The notes beneath the pieces were generated by a model that made no database searches, was not told the DNA's origin, and saw only the letters and a list, made by a program, of their open reading frames with translations. Below, piece by piece: positions 23,437 through 34,808 of a DNA stretch of 64,000 nucleotides (positions within the stretch are counted from its first letter, which is position 1; every line of letters starts with the position of its first letter). Source of the DNA: Balneolaceae bacterium (GTDB lineage Bacteria > Bacteroidota > Rhodothermia > Balneolales > Balneolaceae); NCBI GenBank assembly GCA_034521755.1, contig JAXHMB010000003.1, forward strand, positions 503,878-567,877, read 5' to 3'. The translations under genes and the position numbers were made by a program.

Positions 23437-26400
23437 CTAATTAACGATGTTGCCCTGCCTGTCAATTATAATATAAGATTGGTCTGCAGGCATACTTACA
23501 TTCATCTCTTCGCCATTTGGCCAAATAATAGAAACAACATCAGGCACCTCGCTATACCCCAGAATCTGGGTAGATGAACTCTGACTTAAATAACCGGATC
23601 CAGCCTTTATCTCTCTGCGATACGAAACAGGATTGCCATCTTTGTATAATCTCAACTTGGCTCCAATTGCTGAGGGGTTCTCTGATGGTCCCTCCAACCG
23701 AATACTGATCCCCCGGGCCGAACCATTATTGGCATACAGTTTAGTTTCTGATCCATTTTTGAGTGACCACCAATCAGGTTTGCCATCTCTGTTATAATCA
23801 CTTACAGCCGAGCCTCTTTGCTCACCGTAAATTTCAATGCCCGATGAATCTGCTGAAATCGCATTAAAGCTTCCTGTACCATCACCCAGCATGAGCAGGC
23901 CCCGCCCTGCATCAGCACGCGTATCTTCAATAGTACCGGCAAAGAAATTCTGGCTTATAAAAAGATCTTCCTTACCGTCAGTATTAAAATCTGCTACATT
24001 AATTCCAAAGCCTGTTGTAAGTTGTGCTTCAAGTGGTAATTCAACAGGAGAAAAGCTTCCGCCCTCATTAAAAAAGACAACAGAAGAAAATGTATTGGCG
24101 CTTACCCAGCTAAAATTCTCAAGGCTTATGCCTAAAATTTGATCTATGGTTTGATTGCTGTATTGTTCATGGCTTTGATTCTGCTCCTTAACAAGGTAAA
24201 TTCACTTCCCAATTTGCTTAAGTCTTCTAAAAGGAACCCAACCCCGAAGCTCATTACTATAGCCTGCCTCTATAATGCTTGTTGGTTTTGCAGCATAGGA
24301 ATAATAAAACAATCTTACTTCTTTGCCTGAATCCCTGATAAAGCGATAATACTTATTATTTTTGCCTGCATTGGTCAATACCAGATCCATTCTGCCATCA
24401 TTGTTGAAATCACCGGTATTCACACCATTCCAGAGTCCATAATAACTGCTGAGTCCCCACGATTCTGTAGCATCAGAAAATGTGCCCTCGTTATTTATCA
24501 ACAGAAGCGGCGTATTCCATTCACGAGCCAGGATTAAATCAGGCCAACCGTCACTGTTAACATCACTGAAGACTGCCCCGCTAATCATGCCAATAGACTG
24601 CAGCCTATTTGATGAATCATACCGATACTTGCCATCTTCATTCAAAAGAAGCCATGAAGAGGCAGGAAGCAGGATATTTCAATGGGTAAATCTTCCTCCT
24701 ATGAAGAGGTCCAAGATCCCCGTCTTTATCATAATCTGCAGAGGCCATCGGTCCCAAGGCTTCTTTTCTATTCAGTAAAATCGAAGCATCTATTTCTGTA
24801 TCAACTGATCCGGTCATTTTGGCCATGTTTACCAAAATAGAATCCGTTGATGTCTCATAATTAAATGGAGCCATCAAGACTGTAGATTTATCCTGTTGGT
24901 TTAATGCGAGCACAGAATTTACATCATTCTGAGAACCGGCTTGCTGAGAAATTGTTTTCTCGACAAAGGTATTCCCATTATTATTTTCAAAAACAGAGAC
25001 ACTGCCCCCTTTACCTGAACCGATAATCAGCTCGTCAAAGCCATCGTCGTTTAAATCTGCCCAACTTATCCCCGGCCCTGACTGGCTCAACCTATAGGGC
25101 AATAAAGATTGCTTTTGCTCGAAATCATTGAAATACTCTTCTGTATGAGTATGGTCCAAACAGCTCACTCTTATCAACAAATAAAGGCTGCTTTCCTGAC
25201 GAGTTGGAATCAGACTCTTTTGGTTGTTGGGCCGACAGGTCAGATTTACTGAATTCATAGATTCGATTTGCCTGCAGGTTATCTATTGTTGATACCGTGC
25301 CATCGTACCATGTAATTTTAATGCTTATAGGCACAGATGAAGCTGCAAAAGAATATATCTGTTCAGAGCTGGAGAGGTAAGTACCTCCTCCACTTACTTC
25401 CTTTGATTGTCTTATCCCGCCGGTCACTTCAATGGTAGATCCTATAGCCTGTGTATTGGTACTGTCTCCTATCAGTCTTACACCAATTCGGTCAGCTCTT
25501 GTCGTGTTTTTGAAAAGACCCGCTTTCCCATTTAATCTATTCATAACCAAATCCAAGTCACCGTCATTGTCAAAATCAGCTGTTGCAAGACCTTGTGAAA
25601 TATCTTTTCCTTCAAATCCCCAATCAGCACTTTTATCAGAGAACGTTAAGTCCCCATTATTTTTGAAAACAATATTTGTCTGCTCCAGTGAAGGATATTG
25701 CAACATAACCTGGGTAGGATCAATCTGATTCTGAGCAATCTTTCTTTGCAACTCATTATTGGCATCCAAATCCTGGCTGTCATAATAATTGCCATTCGTA
25801 ATAATAATGTCTTCATGTCCATCAAGATCTACGTCAGCAAAAATTGAGCCCCAAGTCCAGTTGGATGACTTTACCCCTGCGTAGTCCGTAATATTTGAAA
25901 AAGTAGCATCCCCTCGATTCAACATAAGCGTATTACCAACATACTGCGGCCGATTCTCAATTGCACCTACCGGCTCCGGCAGTGGGATCATGGTACCGAG
26001 GTGTTTAAGCTTATTACTCTGTTTTTGAGCCAGCATTTCTGCTATGAAAATATCCGTTGAACCATCCTTATTTAAGTCGGCATTATCAACTGACATTGAA
26101 GAAAGACTGGTGTGTCGGACAGCCGTTCTTTCCAGTGCTTTAAATGTACCGTCTTTTTGATTGATCCAAATTCTATCCGGACTCTCGAAATCATTACACA
26201 CATAAAGATCTTGATATCCATCATCATTTATATCAAAAAACTTGGCATGAAGACCCCAGTCCTTAAGTTCTCCAACAGCATTTCCCGACTGATCTTTAAA
26301 AATCCCCGAATCCATAGTCTTTTTAGTAAAATTGCCTTTACCATCATTTATATAAAGCAAGTCTGACTCACCTGTTTCAAATCTAAGTACAAACTCCCCC

Positions 26401-27147
26401 CTCTCTTCCAGTACATAATGATCTTTAAATTGCTCTCTAATAGAAAACTCATCTCCTTCTTGCTTCACAATATCATCAAACATGCGCTTGGTTGGATAAA
26501 TGTCTTTAGCTGACCGTGCTTTATAATTTGTGATATAAATATCCAGGTCACCATCTTTCTCAATATCTGAAATGGCAATAGAATGGCTCCCATATTTCTC
26601 CGATCCCGGAAATGGATTAGATTTTTGAGTAAAATTTCCTTCCCCATCATTTATAAACAAAGTGTTTCCATTAGCTAAAGTGGTTACAATCAAATCTAAA
26701 TCACTGTCACCATCTATATCGGCAAACGCTACACCGGTAGAGTACTTGCCATCCATTGAAAGTCCTGTCCCTGCCTCTTGAGTGACATCCTGAAATTTCC
26801 AATTACCCTGATTTAGGTAAAGCGCATTGTTTCCGTCAATATTAGCAAAATATACATCCGTCAGACCGTCATTATTGATATCACCTGCAGCTACACCCGA
26901 ACCATTAATAAGAACCCTGTTTCTGCTGACCTGTTCTTTAGTTACTACGTTCTCGAATTGAATACCTGAATTAGCCGGTGCGATTTCTTGAATACCCTGT
27001 TGACTCAGAAAAGGACCATCCCATTTCAACTGTCTTCCAGCGGTAGCCATCTTCTTCAACCCATTCCTTCGGTGTTTGAGAAGAACAAGCGTTAATTAGT
27101 ATTACCGTTATAAATAACAAAAACAGACTTTGGGTTAACTTATACAT
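23437..27147 (-). pseudogene. FG-GAP/VCBS-repeat protein with a C-terminal ASPIC/UnbV-like domain (CRTAC1 family), at least 5 frame disruptions
   Basis: ORFs 25125..27059, 24638..25258, 24202..24645 and 23437..23892, plus an unassigned gap at 23893..24201. Repeated 'D.DGD.DL' FG-GAP motifs. The lipoprotein start 'MYKLTQSLFLLFITVILINACSS' at 27147 is in yet another frame. Confidence 0.7.
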
Positions 27148-27291
27148 ATGCAGGCCTTAATTAATGGTCGGTGTAAATTTAAAGAAGTGAAAATAATAAT
27201 AGTTCATGTAAATCAGAGAAGGAAAAGACTTGAAAATTATTTCAACCCTATTATCAGATAATACCTAAATATTGTAATTTTTGCTATCCAA

Positions 27292-28452
27292 CTACATATG
27301 ACGTGGTAACTGAGAAGGAATTCGAACCAGCACTTCATAGTTTAAATAATTGGTCATTTCACTGAACGAGGCTACCGTTATCTCTTGATCTCCCTGCCGG
27401 CCTATAATTACAACCTCATCTCCTTTCTTTGTTTCGGGTATATCCGTCACGTCAATCGTAAGCATGTTCATGTTTACCAATCCGGCAACAGGGGCACGTT
27501 CTCCATTGACCAGCACAATGCCCACATTTGTGAGGTTACGGCCAAAACCATGACTGTAGCCAATGGGCACAGTGGCAATGATTTGATCCCGGCTTGTGAG
27601 ATAGGTATTGCCATAGCCAACAAATTCTCCGGCCGGTACCTCTTTAGTGCTCATCACTTTGCTTTTCCAGGTCATGATACGCTTTAAAGGATCTTTGTGC
27701 TTCTGGTCAATGTCTTCGTACTTCTTTACAAAGTTCATATAAGTTTCACGATTAGGCCAAAAGCCATACTGAGCAATTCCTATGCGCACCATGTCCATCG
27801 TGGTCTCCGGATAATTCAAAGTTGAAGCAGAACAGGCCGTATGCTTTATTTTGGGACGAATACCCGCCTCTTCAATTTCTTGACAGTACTTCTTGAAGTT
27901 TTCAATCTGCTTCTTCACGCGCACATGATTACTTACGCTTTCAGCTCCGGCATAATGGGTACATAAGCCATCCACTGAAAGATGCTTCTCATTTTTTTTG
28001 ATCAGCTCAATAGCTTTATTAAGCATGCTGTTCTGCAATCCAAGTCGATTCATGCCTGTCTCAAGGTGCAAGTGCATACGTGCTTTTTTGCCTACCTCTT
28101 TAGCTTCCCTGATTGCAGCTTTTAGCCTGTCCAGCTCAAAAATATAGAAGGATATATCTTTTTCAATGGCCCAGTCCAACTCGGTGTCTTCAATCATGCC
28201 CATGATCATAATATGACTGTCCGGTTTTATCTTGGCTTCACAGGCTTTTTTAGCCTCATCAGCACTGAATACACCAAAATGCCGGATACCGCATTCTTCG
28301 GCCATAGGCACAAACTGTTCAATGCCGTGACCATAAGCATTTCCCTTAATAACCGAACAAAAGATGGTGTCCCCTCCGATATACTCCTTTAAAAAACGAA
28401 TATTTTGTTCTAAAGCTGATTTACTCAGCTCAATATGTGAGGGATGAACCAT
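27292..28452 (-). CDS. alr: Alanine racemase
   Basis: 386 aa with the PLP-lysine motif 'SVIKGNAYGHG'. Its start overlaps the stop of the upstream M20 gene (TAATG). Confidence 0.8.
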   Translation of the reverse strand: MVHPSHIELSKSALEQNIRFLKEYIGGDTIFCSVIKGNAYGHGIEQFVPMAEECGIRHFGVFSADEAKKACEAKIKPDSHIMIMGMIEDTELDWAIEKDISFYIFELDRLKAAIREAKEVGKKARMHLHLETGMNRLGLQNSMLNKAIELIKKNEKHLSVDGLCTHYAGAESVSNHVRVKKQIENFKKYCQEIEEAGIRPKIKHTACSASTLNYPETTMDMVRIGIAQYGFWPNRETYMNFVKKYEDIDQKHKDPLKRIMTWKSKVMSTKEVPAGEFVGYGNTYLTSRDQIIATVPIGYSHGFGRNLTNVGIVLVNGERAPVAGLVNMNMLTIDVTDIPETKKGDEVVIIGRQGDQEITVASFSEMTNYLNYEVLVRIPSQLPRHM

Positions 28453-29588
28453 TACTTCCTATTCTTTTGAATTTTGTTAATAATTCCTACGAACATTTCT
28501 ACACCTGCAGGTATAATTTCATCAGGGAAATCATAATCTGAGGCGTGCAAGCTGGACTGATTGACTCCGGAGCCCAGTCCAAACATCGCACCGGGAATCT
28601 GCTTTGTAAAATGCCCAAAATCTTCTGACCAGCTAAACGGGGTTTGCTTGCGCTTAATGCTCATGCCCTTATCCTCAGCCACTTGCCTGATAATGGAGGT
28701 CATTTCAACATCATTTTTTGTAGCTGCAAAAGCTTCTACCCATTCGGTATCAATTGCTAAATTGTATGTAGCAGCCAGTCCTTTGGATATCTTCGAGGCT
28801 TTCTCTTTCATTTTTTCCAATAGCTCATCATCATAGGTTCTCAGCGTTGCCATCACCTCGGCATATCCCGGGGATGTACCAAAAGCTCTCTCACCCAACC
28901 TGGCATGAATAACGGTAACCTTGGCAGCATCATCCAGGGAAGCATCAAACTGTGGAATCGCTGAAAGAGATTGTACCAGCTGCGCCATGGCAAGTGCCGG
29001 GCTTTTACCCTGCTCGGGGTGTGCGGCGTGGGACGTTGCTCCTTTAAAGCGAGCAATAAAACCTACCGAGGCAGCGGCAAATACGTCCTCTTTTACTACA
29101 ACCGTATTCTTTTCATATCCGGGCAGATTATGAAGGGCAAAAATATAATCAGGCTGAAGCTCCTTAAATTTTTCATCCTCTAAAACCTGCTGTGCCCCTT
29201 CTCCGGTCTCCTCTGCCGGTTGAAAAAGCAAATACACATTCCCGGCCAAAGCGCTTTGTTCTTTAAGATGTTTTGCCACCCCACAGATAATTGCCATATG
29301 TCCATCATGGCCGCATTTATGTCCCGTATCTTTATCACTGGACTTGTATTTGAAATCATTTTCCTCTGGAATAGGCAGGGCATCCAGCTCGCACCGCAGC
29401 ATCACTGACGGGCCATCCTTGCTACCTTTGTAACACGCTGCAATTCCATGGCCACCAACTCCTGTTATCAGCTCATCAGGATTTGTAGTGGCAAGAAATT
29501 CTTTAATCTTTTTTGCCGTCTTTTTTTCCTTTCCCGAGACTTCAGCTAATTGATGAAGCTCCCGGCGAACCTTTGTAAGTTCTTCCAT
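28452..29588 (-). CDS. M20D-family amidohydrolase (aminoacylase/hippurate-hydrolase-like)
   Basis: 378 aa with 'HKCGHDGHMAI' and 'LFQPAEE' metal-site motifs. Confidence 0.75.
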   Translation of the reverse strand: MEELTKVRRELHQLAEVSGKEKKTAKKIKEFLATTNPDELITGVGGHGIAACYKGSKDGPSVMLRCELDALPIPEENDFKYKSSDKDTGHKCGHDGHMAIICGVAKHLKEQSALAGNVYLLFQPAEETGEGAQQVLEDEKFKELQPDYIFALHNLPGYEKNTVVVKEDVFAAASVGFIARFKGATSHAAHPEQGKSPALAMAQLVQSLSAIPQFDASLDDAAKVTVIHARLGERAFGTSPGYAEVMATLRTYDDELLEKMKEKASKISKGLAATYNLAIDTEWVEAFAATKNDVEMTSIIRQVAEDKGMSIKRKQTPFSWSEDFGHFTKQIPGAMFGLGSGVNQSSLHASDYDFPDEIIPAGVEMFVGIINKIQKNRK

Positions 29589-29616
29589 AAATTAACTTTC
29601 TGTGCAAGCTTAAATA

Positions 29617-29643
29617 GAAAAAAGCAGCTTCCGGGGCTGCTGC
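29617..29643 (-). terminator. Possible intrinsic terminator between the M23 and M20 genes
   Basis: On the minus strand, a 6-bp agcagc/gctgct stem is followed by T6. This would split the six-gene cluster into two transcripts. Confidence 0.45.
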
Positions 29644-29666
29644 GTTCACTTTCCAAGTAACAAAAA

Positions 29667-30263
29667 TCAGAATAAATTCCCCAGGACCAATTTAGGGTCC
29701 GGATAGGTCTCCAGAGCTGAAGCATGGTCAGCATCAGATACCACCCCGGGCATATCTGCTTCTTTTGGGTCTTTCCAGCTCAACTGAAAATGCAGGTGCG
29801 GAATCCACCCACCGTTCTCTTCTTTGGCACCCAATTCTCCAATTTTTTCTCCGGCTGTAATCAGATCCCCTGCTTCTACCCTTTCCGGTGAAGCCTTGGA
29901 GAGGTGTCCATACAGGGCAAACAACGTCTCATCACCCAGCTCATGTACCGTAACAATGGTACCGCCATAATCGCCCTGCCGATCATTATCTCCGGCATAG
30001 GCCACTTTCCCATCGCAGAAAGCATATACCGGCTGGCCGGCATCAGCCCAAATGTCAATACCCATGTGAATATAGCGTTTTCCTTCAAAATGAGGAGCCA
30101 AATACATGCCCTTTCGCTTTTCGTTGTATCCACCGGCACCCCACTCTATGGCCTCAAGTTTTTCTTCATCAGCTCCATTACTTAGATCTACCTGTTGCAT
30201 TTTTTTAGGATAGTCCATGATTGGGGCAAAAGAAAAAGAAGAAAGGTCCGTTCGCTCACTCAT
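29667..30263 (-). CDS. M23-family metallopeptidase-like protein, no signal peptide
   Basis: 198 aa with 'HMGIDIWA' and 'PHLHFQL' (LytM-type HxxxD / HxH motifs). No N-terminal hydrophobic segment. Confidence 0.7.
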   Translation of the reverse strand: MSERTDLSSFSFAPIMDYPKKMQQVDLSNGADEEKLEAIEWGAGGYNEKRKGMYLAPHFEGKRYIHMGIDIWADAGQPVYAFCDGKVAYAGDNDRQGDYGGTIVTVHELGDETLFALYGHLSKASPERVEAGDLITAGEKIGELGAKEENGGWIPHLHFQLSWKDPKEADMPGVVSDADHASALETYPDPKLVLGNLF

Positions 30264-31330
30264 TCTACAATCTTGTCAATATAATCGGAGTTCATTATCC
30301 CCAGTGCTCCCATGTATTTCATGCGAAAGCGAATAAAATCACCGACTTGGTAATCGTTTTTGTTATCTCCCACATCCAGAATGAGCATGTCGGAGCTGGC
30401 ATCGGCTATTCGAACGTCATCATGCACATTTATCAAGTGGTCCGGATTAATATCCAGGTAACCGATATCCAATATAGCCCGGTATGAGGTTTCTCCATAT
30501 TTTTCTTTATCAATAGATGTTACCTTGCCCTGTGGGTTTTTGCCCAGATCTCCGCTGGGCACTTTGGGCTTTTCAGCTATTTCTATGACTTGCGAATAAA
30601 GCTCCAGCACATCGTTATGCATGCCCGGGATCGTTCCATCTGCAAACAAATCTTTTCCGAAGAAGAGTGCTTCCCCCACCCTGAAGTGGTTGATGCCTTT
30701 GGGCAGCTGGTTCCTAAGCAAGAGTGGAATGGTAACCGTAGTCCCTCCCGACACCAACGGGATATCTTTATCAAACTGCAGTTCAATAATCTGCTTGTAC
30801 AAGGCCAGCTGAATAAGTTTGTCTTCATCCGGCATTACTCCATGCATGCAGTTTAAATTAGTACCAATACCAATGACTTCAAGCGCCGGCAAATCAAAAA
30901 CCTTTTCATAAAAGTCGATGAGATCATCGCGCATCACTCCTTCGCGCAGATCTCCCATCTCAATCATTACAATTACTTTGTGCACGGTATCCTGCCGCTG
31001 GGCTTCCTCAGAAAGAGCATGCAGGGTGGATAACTCGGTATTAAGGCTGGCGTCAGCATACTTAACAACCGATTCAATAATATCTCTTGGGGGCGGTTTT
31101 ATATAAATGGTAAGAACTTCGGGATCAATCTCTTTTATTTTTTTAAGATTGCTAATCCTGGAATCATGCATTTCACCAATGCCCAGGTCGACCACCTCTT
31201 TCAAGAAATCGGCATGGCCACAAAGCAGCTTCGTAGTGATGCCCCATTTAATATCATTCTCCTTAAACATATTATCCAGAAAACGATAATTATCCCGGAG
31301 CTTGTCGCGATATAACTTTAAATAGGCCAT
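30260..31330 (-). CDS. Alanine/ornithine-racemase-family PLP enzyme (COG3457-like)
   Basis: 356 aa. Fold-type III N-terminus with a lysine in 'GITTKLLCG'. A 4-nt overlap with the M23 gene suggests translational coupling. Confidence 0.65.
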   Translation of the reverse strand: MAYLKLYRDKLRDNYRFLDNMFKENDIKWGITTKLLCGHADFLKEVVDLGIGEMHDSRISNLKKIKEIDPEVLTIYIKPPPRDIIESVVKYADASLNTELSTLHALSEEAQRQDTVHKVIVMIEMGDLREGVMRDDLIDFYEKVFDLPALEVIGIGTNLNCMHGVMPDEDKLIQLALYKQIIELQFDKDIPLVSGGTTVTIPLLLRNQLPKGINHFRVGEALFFGKDLFADGTIPGMHNDVLELYSQVIEIAEKPKVPSGDLGKNPQGKVTSIDKEKYGETSYRAILDIGYLDINPDHLINVHDDVRIADASSDMLILDVGDNKNDYQVGDFIRFRMKYMGALGIMNSDYIDKIVE

Positions 31331-31332
31331 AC

Positions 31333-31776
31333 CTACTTGTTAAGTCTCATTTCTAAATACTTGTTTGTAAATCCGTACTTTTCATAAAGGTGAACAGCCG
31401 GATTATCAGGTTCAACATGCAGGGCTATATCACCTTCTGTGGCTTCGATAATACGCTCCATTAACTGCTTGCCAATACCCTGCCCCCGGTACGAAGCATC
31501 CACGGCAATATAAACCAAAATATGCTCGGGAATAAAACCGCCCATATTTGTATGATTGATGATAACTGAGCCTACAATGTTATCGTCATCATAAGCAACC
31601 AGGATAAAACCATCCTGGCCTTCGCCATCTCCATAGGCATAAGCTATGCAGCGCAGTATACTTTCCTTTTTATCACCATACTCATCGAGGTGACTATAAA
31701 GGAACTCAGCAATGTCGTCACGACTGAATCCTGTCGGATTCTTGTCATCAGATTCAATTATGGAATATTTAATCAT
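31333..31776 (-). CDS. GNAT-family N-acetyltransferase
   Basis: 147 aa with the acetyl-CoA-binding motif 'YRGQGIGKQLMERI'. Confidence 0.75.
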   Translation of the reverse strand: MIKYSIIESDDKNPTGFSRDDIAEFLYSHLDEYGDKKESILRCIAYAYGDGEGQDGFILVAYDDDNIVGSVIINHTNMGGFIPEHILVYIAVDASYRGQGIGKQLMERIIEATEGDIALHVEPDNPAVHLYEKYGFTNKYLEMRLNK

Positions 31777-31799
31777 ATAAACTGCTAATCGTTGAATTT

Positions 31800-33356
31800 T
31801 TATCCGGCAATAGCTTCTTCTTTCTGTTCTGTTTTCTTTTCATCTTTCTTATCACTGTCAGGTACTGCCAGCGAAACAATAATAAATGCTATTAGCGATG
31901 CCGTAATTCCGAATACATTTGGATCGAGGCCAGCTGGTAGTTGCTCTAAACCAATACTTATTGTTATCCCTCCCTCAATTAAATACGGTATAGGTGGAAC
32001 GTTAATTAAAAATTCTAAGGGTATTGCTATTTGTAGAAATAGAGTTGTTCCGCCACCTATCAGCATGGCCGCTATCGCACCAATACTGCTGCTCTTTTTC
32101 CAATATAAAGCACCTATGATAGGTACGAATAATCCTGACACCATGAAAGCATAAGAATAGAGCATAAGATCAAGGACACTGGTCATGGTTGTGGCAATCA
32201 GTAAAGCCGTAAGACCAATAATGAGAGTCGTAATTTGTGAGAACCTGAGGAAGGTATCACTTTGGTGATCCACATCTTTAAAATACCCGATAATATCGGA
32301 AACAACATTGCCCGATGAAGCCATCAGGCAGCTATCGGCAGTTGAGAGTATAGCTGAAAAATAGGCCGACATCATAATGCCCATCAGACCTACCGGCAAT
32401 ACCGTTCTCAATAACATTGGCAAGCCGGTTTCGGGATCGGTTTCAGAAATATTTTGAGCACCCAGATAATCGAACATCCCTTGACCGGCACCCACCTTAG
32501 CAAACAGACCGAGTAATACTCCCATGAATGCCATTACAGGCCATTCAAATAGTCCGGCCATATACCAGGCTCTCTTTGCCGTTTTCTCATCATTACAGGC
32601 GTATATTCGCTGGTAAAGCGTCATACCTACAAACCATATGGGAATAATGGTAACGGCCCAGTAAACTACATTTTGCCAAGTGATATTAGTCAGTGAAAGT
32701 AACTGCGGATCGACTGTACTGGTGATGCCTTCCCATCCGCCTACGGCGGTGTATGAAATCGGAATTCCGATAAATATTAACCCTGTCATCAGTAGCGCCC
32801 ACTGAAGAGTATCTGTATAAATGACGGCCTTCAGGCCTCCCATCACGGTATAAACTACTGCAATGGTACCCATGATCAACAGGGCGGTATTCAGTTCAAG
32901 ATTTGCAAAGGTACCGGTTGCCAGCTTGGCTCCTGCCAGTATTTGCGAGCTGGTAAAACCGGCATAACCTATGGCTGATATGATACCCGCAATTAAAGCT
33001 ACGCGCGCATTAAAGTAGTATTTGAAAACTTCCGGAAAGGTATAGGCCTTATCAAAAGCCCGGTTACCCTTTACCTTCGGTATGAGAAAAACGGCGGCAA
33101 GCCAAGCACCAATCAGACCGGTAAAAAGCATCCATGAACCCGACAAGCCCATAGTAAATCCAAGCCCGCCCAGGCCTATAGAAAATCCGCCGCCTACATC
33201 TGTTGCAACTACCGAAAGCCCTACATGCAGGCTGCTCATATTACGGCCGCCTACATAGTAATCATCAGCTCCTTTATTCCTTTTGAGGAAGAAAAAGCCA
33301 AAGCCCAACATGAGTATCATGTAGAGCACAAAAATGGAGAGATCAATCCAATGCAT
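31800..33356 (-). CDS. Sodium:solute symporter (SSS) family transporter
   Basis: 518-aa polytopic ORF with 'YYVGGRNMSSLHVGLSVVATDVGGG'. Confidence 0.8.
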   Translation of the reverse strand: MHWIDLSIFVLYMILMLGFGFFFLKRNKGADDYYVGGRNMSSLHVGLSVVATDVGGGFSIGLGGLGFTMGLSGSWMLFTGLIGAWLAAVFLIPKVKGNRAFDKAYTFPEVFKYYFNARVALIAGIISAIGYAGFTSSQILAGAKLATGTFANLELNTALLIMGTIAVVYTVMGGLKAVIYTDTLQWALLMTGLIFIGIPISYTAVGGWEGITSTVDPQLLSLTNITWQNVVYWAVTIIPIWFVGMTLYQRIYACNDEKTAKRAWYMAGLFEWPVMAFMGVLLGLFAKVGAGQGMFDYLGAQNISETDPETGLPMLLRTVLPVGLMGIMMSAYFSAILSTADSCLMASSGNVVSDIIGYFKDVDHQSDTFLRFSQITTLIIGLTALLIATTMTSVLDLMLYSYAFMVSGLFVPIIGALYWKKSSSIGAIAAMLIGGGTTLFLQIAIPLEFLINVPPIPYLIEGGITISIGLEQLPAGLDPNVFGITASLIAFIIVSLAVPDSDKKDEKKTEQKEEAIAG

Positions 33357-33560
33357 AGAAAGGCAAGTAAATTAATCTACCGGTTGTGGTAAAAAATTGA
33401 TTATGCTTAAATTTTTTCCGGTTACAATGGATTTACTTCAATATACCGGTTAAAGCCTGCTTATGTCAAACCACATTTCCCTAATATTTTGGTACTTAAT
33501 ATTTTAACCTGTCAATGGAACCTGCTATCTTAGAGAAAAGATTAAACTGACTTTTTTCTC

Positions 33561-34796
33561 ATGATCACTACTAAAGAATCCATTGCACTTGAAGACAAAT
33601 ACGGCGCTCATAACTATCATCCCCTGCCCGTGGTATTATCCAAAGGCGAAGGTGTTTTTGTTTGGGACCCGGAAGGCAATAAATACTATGATTTTCTGTC
33701 TGCATATTCTGCAGTAAACCAGGGACATGGGCACCCTAAAATTATCAATGCTCTTAAAGAGCAATCAGAAAAATTGACACTTGTGTCTCGTGCTTTTTAC
33801 AGCGATATGCTTGGCGTTTATGAAGAATATATGCACAATTATTTTGGCTACGACAAGCTCCTGCCCATGAATACCGGCGCTGAAGGAGTAGAAACAGCCA
33901 TCAAGTTATGTAGAAAATGGTCGTATGAGAAAAAAGGGCTCACCCCTGAAAAAGCTATGATTGCTGTGGCGAAAGGGAATTTTCATGGAAGGACTACCAG
34001 TATCATTTCTTTTTCTAATGATCCCGTAGCGCGCAAGAATTTTGGACCGTATACTCCGGGATTCATGTCGGTTCCATACAATGATTTACATGCTTTGGAA
34101 GAAGCCCTTAAACACAAAGAGATTGCCGGTTTTTTAGTTGAGCCTATTCAGGGTGAGGCCGGAGTAATAGTACCGGATGATGGATACCTGAAAGAAGCCT
34201 ATGAACTCTGCCAAAAATACAACGCTCTCTTTATTGCTGATGAAATACAAACCGGGATTGCCCGCACCGGCAAACTGCTGTGCGTGGATCATGAAAACGT
34301 GCGTCCTGATATTGTCATTCTGGGAAAAGCTTTATCCGGCGGTGTGTATCCGGTTTCTGCTGTACTGGCTGATGATGAGATCATGGAGTGCATTCGTCCC
34401 GGTGAACACGGTTCAACCTATGGCGGCAATCCCCTGGCTTGTGCTGTAGCCATGGCAGCTTTGGATGTAGTAAAAGAAGAGAAGCTGGCTGAAAATGCTG
34501 AAAAGCTTGGAAAGATCTTTCGTAAAGGAATGGAGAACCTTTCTCAAAAAACAGATCTCATAAAACTGGTACGGGGCAAAGGGCTGCTTAATGCTGTGGT
34601 AATTAACGACAGTCCCGAGAGTAACACTGCCTGGAACATATGTGTACGCCTTAAGGAAAATGGGCTGTTGGCTAAGCCAACACATGGGAATATCATAAGG
34701 TTTGCCCCTCCGCTCGTAATGACAGAAGAACAGCTTAATGAGTGTATCGATATTATTTCTGAAACTGTAATGGAATTTGAAAACGTAACTGTTTAA
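33561..34796 (+). CDS. rocD: Ornithine--oxo-acid aminotransferase
   Basis: 411 aa with '[13 protein letters not shown]', '[18 protein letters not shown]', '[11 protein letters not shown]' and 'LGKALSGG'. Confidence 0.9.
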   Translation: MITTKESIALEDKYGAHNYHPLPVVLSKGEGVFVWDPEGNKYYDFLSAYSAVNQGHGHPKIINALKEQSEKLTLVSRAFYSDMLGVYEEYMHNYFGYDKLLPMNTGAEGVETAIKLCRKWSYEKKGLTPEKAMIAVAKGNFHGRTTSIISFSNDPVARKNFGPYTPGFMSVPYNDLHALEEALKHKEIAGFLVEPIQGEAGVIVPDDGYLKEAYELCQKYNALFIADEIQTGIARTGKLLCVDHENVRPDIVILGKALSGGVYPVSAVLADDEIMECIRPGEHGSTYGGNPLACAVAMAALDVVKEEKLAENAEKLGKIFRKGMENLSQKTDLIKLVRGKGLLNAVVINDSPESNTAWNICVRLKENGLLAKPTHGNIIRFAPPLVMTEEQLNECIDIISETVMEFENVTV

Positions 34797-34808
34797 TGGA
34801 ACGCGGAT

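Noticed and set aside
33379-33451. Three (a/t)ccggtt motifs in the divergent rocD/symporter promoter region, as possible regulator sites
   Set aside because: Only a 6-7-nt core is shared, the spacing is irregular (38 and 28 nt), and there is no dyad symmetry. That is too weak to call from sequence alone.
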